This document shows, piece after piece, positions 39,701-50,204 of a stretch of DNA of 64,000 nucleotides. Position 1 is the first letter of the stretch, and each line of letters begins with the position of its first letter. This DNA comes from Tubulanus polymorphus (taxonomy: Eukaryota; Animalia; Nemertea). The stretch covers positions 930,001-994,000 of the forward strand of contig NC_134028.1 of the NCBI RefSeq assembly GCF_964204645.1. Reading direction: 5' to 3'. Made by a program: the position numbers and the translations under genes. Below the pieces are notes generated by a model. It saw nothing but the letters and a program-made list of their open reading frames with translations, did no database searches and had not been told where the DNA came from.

Positions 39701-40696
39701 ATGATGGCTGATTTGACGAGTAATGATCGTACTGTATTACTTCAACACTCGGAACAGACTACTGTCCCAGCAGCCCAAACTGCTGTTATGTTCGCTCCTC
39801 AGCAACAGCTTCAGTACGCCATGCCTGTTGGTAATATGACTTACAGCATGCCCACAGCCCAAGCTGTACCAGTAAATGTTGGTATGCCATCTGCAGCACC
39901 AGGACAACAAGTGTATGTTTTACAAGGGGGAAACTCTGCAAACCAACCTCAGATCCAACCAGTAGCCCAACCACAGATCCAAACAGCAGCCCAACCAGGG
40001 ATGATACAAATCCAGTATGGTATGACACCAGTCGTTCAGACACCCCAGTATAGTATGACCCCAGCCGTTCAGACACCCCAGTATGGTATGACACCAGCCG
40101 TTCGGACACCCCTTGATGCACCCCTTATCAATCAGACTCCTATGTATTGTAGCAATAATGATGCTAGAAAATTTGCAATTTGCGGAATTTTACAAATAAT
40201 CGCTGGTGTAGTTTGTATTGTATTGAGTGTTGTTCTGTTGGCCATGCGTGAATTTCTGATGTTATTTGGAGTGAGTCTGTGGGGAGGGGTGATGTTCGTT
40301 GTAGCGGGAACATTTGGATTCTTAAATGCGAGGAAGTTTTTGAAGTGCTACATGATCACATGTATGACTTTATCAATCTTGAGTTCCCTGATTTCGTTCA
40401 TCTCGCTCGTTACATCAGCTCTATCTGTCTATTACTGGTCCTACATAGGCTGGATACCGGCCTTCTTTTGCCTATTATGTGTCGCCTCGGCGATGGAGTT
40501 CGTGGCTTCAATTTGCCAGGCTTCACTTTTCTGCAGATATGCGGTTAAATTGTGTAGTAAAATGGGAATTTCTTATGACCAACAACAACAGGTTCCTATT
40601 GTAATCTATCTAAACATACCTCCCGGTACCTCTCAACAAACACCTGCTGATGATGGCGATTTCGTTAAAGATGATATTGTTAAGAAAGCCACATAA
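39701..40696 (+). CDS. MS4A/CD20-like four-TM protein, paralog 4 (331 aa, divergent TM region)
   Basis: N-terminus near-identical to paralogs 2 and 3; GILQIIAG, SLWGGVMFVVAGTFG; different tail. Confidence 0.88.
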   Translation: MMADLTSNDRTVLLQHSEQTTVPAAQTAVMFAPQQQLQYAMPVGNMTYSMPTAQAVPVNVGMPSAAPGQQVYVLQGGNSANQPQIQPVAQPQIQTAAQPGMIQIQYGMTPVVQTPQYSMTPAVQTPQYGMTPAVRTPLDAPLINQTPMYCSNNDARKFAICGILQIIAGVVCIVLSVVLLAMREFLMLFGVSLWGGVMFVVAGTFGFLNARKFLKCYMITCMTLSILSSLISFISLVTSALSVYYWSYIGWIPAFFCLLCVASAMEFVASICQASLFCRYAVKLCSKMGISYDQQQQVPIVIYLNIPPGTSQQTPADDGDFVKDDIVKKAT

Positions 40697-41569
40697 AGGT
40701 TCCATAAGGACAGACGTAATCTATATAATCTATATGCGAAAACCTAAGCTTGTACCACAATCTACGTTTCTTATAGATCTAATGTAAAAACGTTCACCTG
40801 AGATTGAAATTCTATATTAACTGAGAATAAGCAGTAGTTGCTTTGCAACATGAATCAGTGGACGAATATATATAGTTGAAATGCATGTGTAACTAGGAAG
40901 ATATTAGGAACACTTTAAAGTACATCAACTGTCGTCCTTACTGAAGTCGTTTCTATTTAATAATCTCGTTTTGTCGTATTCCTAATTCAATTCACTAAAT
41001 CGTCAACTTTTAATGATCGTCACAGTTATTACGACTTAAAAGCAGCGAGTTTGACTGTACATAATTTGATGGTTTGATACTGAGGACATACATTTTTTCC
41101 GCAACAGTAAATGTAAAAAATGTTACAGTAAAAGTCCTTAGTAACCGTTGGGGCTGATAAAAAGTATGGCATTATAACGAATTTGGTGTTGAAATTCTCC
41201 GAATTAGAAATGACAGGGCATTACCGCTGTTGTTTGACGTTTATTGAAGATTATACACCAAAATATGGATACAAAATTGTTGTACATACAGAACTACAAA
41301 ATAATCGCTTATGTATACGAATAAGGTCAGCGACTCATCATAGATGTAGAAGCATGTTTCTTTTAAGTTTGATATCTATTCGTGTACTAGTTGAAATATG
41401 TCCAAGCACTGGTTGTTACTTACGATACAGCTTCAAACTGTTGTGTATCAAATGCGCTTTCATTTTTCTGTAAATTACATTATCAAATAAACAATGTGAC
41501 AAGAAATTTACGAGTCCTTTCGTTTGTTGTGTTAACTTAGTACCTTGAGGAATAAAAATACAATGTAAA

Positions 41570-41719
41570 GTACATTCATGTGCAGCCTCTTCAGTTGGAG
41601 TCTTTGGGAGGTACATTCATGTACAGCCTCTTCAGTTGGAGTCTTTGGGATGTACATTCATGTACAGCCTCTTCAGTTGGAGTCTTTGGGATGTACATTC
41701 ATGTACAGCCTCTTCAGTT
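41570..41719. repeat. 41-bp tandem repeat, ~3.6 copies
   Basis: gtacattcatgtacagcctcttcagttggagtctttgggat repeated. Confidence 0.9.
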
Positions 41720-42562
41720 CGAGTCATTGTTTCTTCGGTTTCGTATAAAAGTACGTCTGAAACATATCATGAACAGTTAACAGATTCAAGGAACATTTCT
41801 CCTCGAGACGCTACTTAAGCTTAATTGCCACCATCGGAATAACGTATTAGGTTTCCTATGTCGACTGAATCTGCAAACACGGGTGCGACAGTTGAGAGAG
41901 GTATAAAACACTTAACACATCCGTTAGCTGTGACTACGATGCAGTAAGTACCAGCAGTCAGATCCAGGCAGTAAGTACTATACCAGCTACGAGCAATTAT
42001 CTAACTTGCTCGTAGGTACCAGGTTCTCCATCGTGAAAACAGACGTGAAATCAGACAAGGGTCCTCCTGCTAGAATCGAAACAAAACGGCTACCGGTACA
42101 TCAATAGCGGAGCACATTTAGACCGATGGATAACTGCTCTTGTTTTAAGTTTTTCTCCAATAGACATGCTTAGATATATACGTGTTATGAAATATAGAAT
42201 AATTCATCTGTAGTATTCACTGTCGATGGAACCGAGGGCTAATAGTAGATCTACAGACAGAAAGGGGACCGAGCAGCCTTTTATTTTCAAAAAGAACATG
42301 TCCTCGCCTGTCGAATCGAATCATCAAGCTTGATGCCTCTCTTCACTTGAATATGGCTCCTGGTTCATACGTAACTCTTCAGCTCCAGTGCACCAGTATG
42401 AACACGCATTGAAGCTCAGGTCAAATCAGGTGTAATTCTGATATCAAATTAATGCGTATAAAAATGATTAATGATTCCTGACATCGCCATCAGGCAAAAG
42501 ATTATTCCGGAGGAATTCATTATCAAAGGAAACAAAACTAAGTAGAGGGGATCGTTGTAGCA

Positions 42563-42785
42563 TCCTAACCCTAACCCTAGCTACAGTTCAAGCTCCACAA
42601 TTAACCCTAACCCTAGCCTCAGCCCCATCAGGATTTGAACCCGGGCCTCGTATTTGTCAGTCCACTCTCTGAACAACTAGACCACCGGTCTCTAGTGACA
42701 ATCAGTGTGTGTCAGTTTGTCTGTTCAGTGTGGTGACCCATTATGCTGTGGTGACCAGTCAGGTGTGATCTTCACCCAGTCCTGT
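42563..42785 (-). mobile_element. Interspersed repeat with a tRNA-like Pol III A/B-box segment next to cctaaccct motifs
   Basis: Minus strand: tggtctagttg (A-box-like)...gggttcaaatcc (B-box). Plus strand: cctaaccctaaccct. Related to 30930-31155. Confidence 0.6.
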
Positions 42786-43495
42786 AGTCACAGAGATCTC
42801 CATCGCTCTACGATCCTAGTGTACCCACCTGTGGTACATCAGACACTAAGGTTCTTGGTGAAGTGTGATCGAATCCAGTCACTAACGATAGCTTTGTTTA
42901 ATGGCATTTTAACCACCCATTAATGCCTTCAGGCTACATTAAAGTTCTATCTCCGGATGTGAAATATTTAAGTATTTTAACAAGCTCCTCTCTTTTCATC
43001 CACTTTCTCCTCGGTATTGAGTTATACACATCGTTCTATCCTGTCCATCGCACATTCATATCGGAAACAAATAAACTTTAACTTCGTCAGTATCCATCGT
43101 CATCCGTTCACACTTACAAACTGACAGTGTAGCGGTTTAGAACTGATGTGGAGAGCGTTATGAATACGGTTAATGAGGAGACTCTTATTTAATCAGAGTT
43201 GACGGCTGAACTGTGAGAACTTACTCAAAGTCGATGCGGCTTCTCGGTTACAATAGTTTTACAGTATTGAGAGCTTCTATCGAGTCATTTATACCGTTAC
43301 GAAATCTGTGTTGTTTCCAACAACATCCACGTTGTAAAACAAAGTGTAGCACTTGATTTGAAAAACTACGCGTCCTCGAGTTGGTGCTATGCTACATCAA
43401 TAAGGTTTTACCATTGCTGAAACGTGGCTGGACTCCCGGGAGGTCGTCGTTGCCTGTATTCGTTGGATCATGAATTCCGCAATTTTATGTAAATA

Positions 43496-45632
43496 ATGAA
43501 ATCATTTCGCACCGAAATGTTTTTACTCAGCGCGCTACTAAATCCTGCTAAACTGGTACAATTTTTGTTGGTTTTGATTATTTTCGGGAGATTACCAATC
43601 GTTTATTCCAGTTACCCTGCGGCGCCATCGTGGAAGTTCGTTTTAATAAAAGATACGCAACTGAAGGCGAGATTTATCACTGTAAATGGAGTAACAACGA
43701 GTGATACATCTTTGTACTGCGCAGCTGAGTGCGTCAAACAACCAGATTGTATTGGATTTAGTTTTGATAAACAATCAGCAGGAAACCCATGTATTTTGAT
43801 ATTTGGCATTGAAACTTTCGATAAGAATAAGGATGGAGTTGTTCATCTCAATAAGTTTTACGCTAAAGGTAACTCAAATATCTGTTTATTTGTATAGTCA
43901 CGATCGCACAGAGCGTGTTTGGCCCGACCGAAAACGCCCAAGCCAAATTTTAGCACGGTACAAAATCATGTGAAACATGTTTCAGGATCCAGTTCTACAG
44001 TTCTGAATTTAACTCTGGAGTTATTACTCCAATAGAAAATGAGACAATATCAACTTAGATTTATTTCAGAAGTGTGAAATTTGGTCCAGCACTTCACTCA
44101 GTCTATAGCGCTCAATTTGTTGAATTTGTTATTTTGATTAATCATTAAAAAGCCAACTAGAAAGAAACGTCAGAGCGCATGTTGAAATTTCGATTTATAG
44201 ATTTCAGCGGGTTGAATCTCCTCACCACAAATCCCTGCATCGATGTTTGTTTTTAGCGTTGTTTTCCCTGTTGCAAGTCAACGATTCGTAGAATTCTTTG
44301 GCAGCCATCTTGCACTACGAGGTTCTATTTACGTCATTTGATCGATGATTTATGGCAGTTAAATCAGAATGAAATATTTCGGATGATGAGAATTTGAAAT
44401 ATCGCATTATTGTGGTAACAACATTGTAAAAAATGTGTTCGTTGAAATTTATATTCGATAAAATGCATTAATCATTTTTAACAGTTGTCGATCGTATTCG
44501 ATGTTTAGAAATATAACGTAATTGCTTGTAAAACAGCGACACGCAAGTTCCATTAGGCATATAATAATAAGACCCCATTAGATCAATGGACCGTATATAG
44601 CGAACTGGTGTTGAAAAAAATAAGGTTGATTTATCTGAGATCCAGGGGGCTTGTGAGCAACCCCATCACTAGGTGGCGTGGCGAACAGTCGGCCATACTT
44701 CACTAGCACAACTGAAGTAATTAACTAGTTCCCTTCTCCTCCGGAATCCAGTTCCACAGTTAAAGCTACCTCTGAGTTAAAATCAGTTCATTTCCAATGA
44801 GATAATTCCGTGCAACTGCTCTCAAGATGGGTGCATTATTTCGTAATTTTAATGATAACTGGTTTTTGTATTTTCTATTTTTAGAAATGTATATATTCAA
44901 AATCGGTGAAGATTGGTATTTTTTCAATCAACAAAAACAAAGTGGTGGGCTGTCGAAATCGTTCTGTTTGGGTTTGAAACTGATGGGCAAAAACAGTTGT
45001 TTGGGAATAAGAAAAATTGTCTCCGCTATCCAATCTGTCGCCGATCATTTAGCGCAAAGTATGCGCGATAGTCAAGGTAAATACGGTTTTATTCGAATTA
45101 GGAATCTACATCGAGTTGAGAATCAGGGAAATGAGGGTTTTTGGCCGAATAAATCTCAGTAGAACTTCGTCCTGACTTGATGAGAGAGCGGTTTACTGAG
45201 TTCACCGGTACCGAGTAACCAAGTCGACGTGGATTCGATGTGGATTTCGAAATATTCAATTTGACCAATGGCTTTCTTTCAAAACCTAATACAGTATACC
45301 AGACACACGAGGCGAGACCGTAATCATTCTCACCAGGCATAATGCTTACGTCATTATCTTCTCTTGTTTCAGACTCACGATTCGTTGATGCTTCATCTTT
45401 ATTTTTCCTGCGCACGCTCGTCACTTCGAATACATGCGACCAGTTTTGCTATACCAAGAACAGTCAAATCGTCAACATAAACTCTCTAGAAAATTTGAAT
45501 CAAATCGTTTCTGGATCCTCGTACAACATGCTTTTCATGGAGTTAGATTTGACCGTCGTCGCGGATATTAGAAAAAGTCTCCTCATGAAGCACTATACAG
45601 CACCTGCGTATTCACTGTGTGTTGCAACATGA
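43496..45632 (+). CDS. Putative secreted protein with a PAN/Apple-like domain and degenerate C-type-lectin-like segments (probably 3 exons)
   Basis: Hydrophobic N-terminal stretch and CAAECVKQPDCIGFSF...C (PAN pattern). Phase-1 junctions at 43868|44885 and 45076|45373. The lectin assignment is tentative. Confidence 0.55.
43986..44086. mobile_element. MITE family A, diverged copy in an intron
   Basis: cag|gatccagttctacag...gtgaaatttggtc|cag. Confidence 0.65.
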
Positions 45633-45644
45633 TAACCGTGATAC

Positions 45645-46040
45645 TTGGAACTGGGTCCAGGACAGTGGAACAGGGTCCAGAATAGTGGAACTGGGTTCAG
45701 TACTGTGGAACTGGGTCCAGAAAAGTGGATCTGGGTTCAGAACTGGGTTCAGTACTGTTGAACTGGGTTCAGAACAGTGGAACTGGGTTCAGAATAGTGG
45801 ATCTGGGTTCAGAATAGTGGATCTGGGTCCAGAATAGTGGAACTGGGTCCAGAACAGTGGAACTGGGTTCAGTACCGTGGAACTGGGTCCAGAACAGTGG
45901 ATCTGGGTTCAGAACTGGGTTCAGTACTGTGGAACTGGGTTCAGAATAGTGGATCTGGGTCCAGAATAGTGGAACTGGGTCTAGAACAGTGGAACTTGGT
46001 TCACAACAGTGGAACTGGGTTCAGAACTTTGGAACTGGTT
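45645..46040. repeat. ~20-bp satellite (agaacagtggaactgggtcc)n matching the MITE family A terminus
   Basis: About 20 units; the core gtggaactgggtcc is identical to the right TIR region at 10591-10604. Confidence 0.9.
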
Positions 46041-46253
46041 TTATTTACAATCACGATTTTACGATGAATTTGCATGTTATTAAAACCAACTTAAAGAAAT
46101 AAGAAAAAAGCGACGATTTTTTCCAACAATTTACAACTTATATTACAATGATATCACAATATAATATCACAAATAGAAAACATATTGAAATCTGAGATGA
46201 TCTCAAATGCGGATAACAGCAGCTGAAAAAGTGTCCATGTTTGATTTTCTATT

Positions 46254-46277
46254 TTATATTACATTTATTCGTTCTTG

Positions 46278-46309
<32 letters not shown>

Positions 46310-47966
46310 ATTTCAGTTTATTAATCAGGTTATCAGCGCACTGACTGTGAACGGAATATAACTTCCAGTGATTTAGTTTCATATCGATCTCCTCATCGAC
46401 TTCGCGTTCTCCTCGAGCTCCTCGCTTGCCGCAGCATTTACAAACATCTTTAGGGAATTTCGGGTGTTGATAGTATTTGTCCTCCATTGACGAATGACAA
46501 GTCAGATCTCGATTCATCGATATCTGTCGAATATGAATGAATTCAATGCGATTTTTAATCCAAGGACATCATGTAACAAGCCAGGGACCCGTTGAACAAG
46601 TGAAGTTTATGCTTATGACCAGTCTTTTGTTCTATAGCCAGCAATGATAATAATTTAACAACGTTTATTTCGTCGTCAATCTAAAGTTTCAAAATTACAT
46701 GGAAAAATTGGTAAGTTGGTGATAGAGACCTGAACAGAGCCATAAATGCTGCTGTACAATCACTAAGACGTTCTGGGGTCCCAGGTTTAGTGATCTCACA
46801 ACTTAACCACTTTACCTAACCTTAATCTAACAACTTAAGACCAGTCTAAGCTCATTCTGTTTCGAGAGTGAAAGGCCACTGTTTATGATAATTCTCTATT
46901 TTCCCTGACCCCAGTTGGCCCTCAGTGAAGTTTTGGCGAATAAAACTTACCGCTTTACACAAACCAGACATTGGATATTCTTCCAGGATCAACGACGAAC
47001 CACATCGGTAATAATCTTCCCATCTCTGACGTAATTCCAGCATTTCATCCGATGTAAGAGGTCTGTTTGAAGATACGACTCTCCGTTTCTGACAACAGTT
47101 ACATTTCACATACATTTCCACAACAGTGAAGTCATTCGGTGATGGCGGCTACAATTCAAAATCAAAGCCGATATTTAGGCGACGGTATAAGCTTTATATT
47201 TGTTTACCTTTTAACGTGTCATGCGCAGCATATGAGTCATGTACGTAAAACCTGTTGTCAAATCAGTAAATGTGAAAAAACTGTGTGTAGGTTAATTCTA
47301 ATTGAAAGAACGAGCTTTAGCTATTGCACGTATTATACAAAGTAGCTTCAGCAGGAATATGAGTCTCTAATTGACTCTAATTAGTGTCACTCTCCCTATC
47401 ATAGATACTGTTCTCTCCCTATCATAGATACTGTTCTCTCCCTATCATAGATACTGTTCTCTCCCTATCATAGATACTGTTCTCTCCCTATCATAGATAC
47501 TGTTCTCTCCCTATCATAGATACTGTTCTCTCCCAATCATAGATACTGTTCTCTCCCTATCATAGATACTGTTCTCTCCCTATCATAGATACTGTTCTCT
47601 CCCTATCATAGATACTGTTCTCTCCCTATCATAGATACTGTTCTCTCCCTATCATAGATACTGTTCTCTCCCTATCATAGATACTGCTGTTGGTGAAGCC
47701 ACTACATGCACTAGAAGAAGCGAAAGCAAGTTAACCGACAAGTACTTTACATTTGTCTTCACGTTTACTGATATATTGAACTGATGAATCATTTGAGGAT
47801 TTTTTTGTAGAAATTGTAGAATTCCCTGACCAGAAGTAATGACCACTGTCAGATGATTGGATCCAGCCAGCATATATTCTTCTGCCTAAATTTATAAAAT
47901 ATTTCGAATATTCAAAAATTGTCTGCTTACCTGTTCTGTGCGCGTCGTGTTTCCGGAGTATTCCAT
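46254..47966 (-). CDS. Uncharacterised ~212-aa Cys-rich putative zinc-binding protein (4 exons)
   Basis: Exons 47966-47931, 47885-47751, 47148-46951, 46523-46254, all phase 0 with GT-AG. Motifs: CNCCQKRR, YRCG, LTC, DVCKCCG, HSQC. Confidence 0.7.
47391..47686. repeat. 23-bp minisatellite, ~13 copies, in intron 2 of the Cys-rich gene
   Basis: tctccctatcatagatactgttc repeated almost perfectly. Confidence 0.97.
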
Positions 47967-49559
47967 CTGAACTATTTTACAAATTGCGGATTTCAAGGAG
48001 CAAATGCTGAGAGACAATTTTCTATAGAATCTGGTGTTTCTGTTATCGAGATTCAAGGCGATAGTTTGTTTTTAGTTTTGTGGATTTAACACAGCTTTAT
48101 TTCTTATGACAACAGAATTTAATGGCACACGTCAAGCCTTCGGTAATAAATATTCGAAAATGGAAAACGCTTCAGCTATAGAGCTTTTATACTGGTTTGG
48201 TCTTGTTGACACATAACTGATAGTGGTAAAATCCCAGTTCCTCGTAAACGCAATCAGCACACCTATGTCTGAGCTCGCTCACTGCCTGTATTTCCCTGCC
48301 TAAGCTTGTATAGTCCCAGGGGAAAACCCGGTTTCACTATTTCCAGATCGTAAAAACTGTGTTACTTAATTCAGTGGTGCAATTCTAATATATTTATATG
48401 CGCAGTACTTTGAAAACGAAAGTAAGATTTGATAAAAATATTTCGAGGAACTTTTTCTTCAGAATACATATTGAACCCACCCGTCTGCGAGTCAAAAATT
48501 GGTAACTTTAGGTGAGATGAATAAGAACCTGTCTAAATGTAAAATGTAAATTGTAATTTTAAAGGCCAAATTTTACGGTCAATATTTTATCTGTTTATGC
48601 CCTAAACAAAGATCGGGCACGACAAAATCTTACTAAGTTACAAGACAAATTATTAAGTATTCAATGAACAAACACAAATGATTATTATAGGAGGCGATTT
48701 CAATTGCATAACAAATAAAATAGACAATAGATCGGACAGGGCCCAACTCGACAGACAGAGCCGAAATAAACGAAATGTGTAGAAACTTGAATCAAAGTAA
48801 ATTAATAATATAGCGCATACAAAATCTGTTAATCATTTTAACTCTTTTCAATCCGATCACAGACTTGTTGATATCAATGCGTCACTATCCGAATTACCAC
48901 GAGGCATTGAAAATGATTACTCCAGGCATGGACTCAAGTCCATATGCTCCAAGTTTCAATAGTTCATTACCGCAATTACTAACACTAACCACCAACGTGG
49001 AAGCACAATCAGATTTGTCGTCTCTAGGTGAACGGGTCGGACGGCCACAGTAACTCAAAACTAACATGAGCACCAGTTACATAACATTCACTTTAACAGG
49101 AACTGACACATTTGTAAAATCATAATAATCCGTTCACATACAACCATTAATCAGCTAGAACAGAATGAAGAACGATCATCTACACGACCGACAACACGAG
49201 TCGTGCGTGAATTCATTCACTATGTCAAATCGTCAAATTTTTGCATCTAAATCGTTTTACATATATCTTTGGTAAAAAATAATTAAAAAATTTCAACTAT
49301 CATATATTTGAAAATTACCCTAAAAACATAAAAACGGTCCTTCTTGTTATTTCAATAAGTTGTAAATCGTTTTTACAAATCTCTCGACTCTCCGAAGTCA
49401 GAGTTAGGTATGCTGACTGTTTCCTGGAAACTTGGTACCCGTTGTTAAGGTAACATTGCGGGAACATCCAAACATCTCAGGTCGGAGTTTTTTTTCGTAA
49501 TTTCATGAGTTTGAAATGAACTCGAAGCCGGCGCCTATGTCCACCACCATTCCAGCATT

Positions 49560-49680
49560 GTCCGGCCCGCAGAACGTCATATTCCGCGGAGCAGTCCGAT
49601 AGTTTGTGTCTGGGATTCGAACCTGATCAGCGCTGCGGAGTAAACAATATGGCGGCGCCCATGGAACGTGTTTGAAATGT
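49560..49680 (+). promoter_or_regulatory. Probable CCDC137 promoter/TSS region with a YY1-like motif
   Basis: GC-rich patch containing caatATGGCGGC, located between divergently oriented genes. Confidence 0.4.
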
Positions 49681-50204
49681 CAAAATAATGCGATTATAAA
49701 AGCGATTATCTGTTCTTTGATCCCGAAATATCACTCAAGATCTGCTTCTGTAAATGTAATACTTTAGCGTCTTATTGAATTTTATTCTGTTCCGTAGTTC
49801 ATGTGGGTGACGTTCGGCATAATCGACGTCAATCCTGCGGTTTCAATCCTGCGACTGCTGAAGCCTTCCGTTCCGTTTTCCGATCCTACCTCCCCATCCT
49901 TAGAGTCTGAATGCCACCAGTTCGTGTTATGGGGTCCCCTTAAGGTTGTTTGGGAACAACGGCTAGTATTAGTCCTCCCTGTTCCTTGGCTCCGACCCCA
50001 TTCCGGCCCTGGCCTACTAGTTAGTTACCTAATCGTTGGTGGTAAGCATTTTATAATCAGATGGGCTGTGGTTTGTGAAAATATCCGAAACTAAACCACA
50101 GACAGGTTACTTACTAGCCCTGGCCATGCTGGCTCGATTAATTTACAATTTAAGACGATATGTATGTTTCTTTTGTTATTATTTTAGAGGCAATTCACAA
50201 ATTT

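Noticed and set aside
34116-40548. Antisense and alternate-frame ORFs over the MS4A genes
   Set aside because: Shadows of the real CDSs, repeated only because the genes are duplicated.
42563-42616. Interstitial telomere
   Set aside because: Only a few ccctaa units, and they are part of the dispersed repeat family.
42620-42695. tRNA gene
   Set aside because: A and B boxes are present, but no good cloverleaf or poly-T terminator; it is embedded in an interspersed repeat.
47391-47686. Resemblance of the 23-bp repeat to the tet operator (tccctatcaTAgata vs tccctatcaGTgata)
   Set aside because: The tetO palindrome is not completed, the spacing differs from synthetic TRE arrays, and there is no vector sequence. 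It is treated as a coincidental intronic minisatellite.
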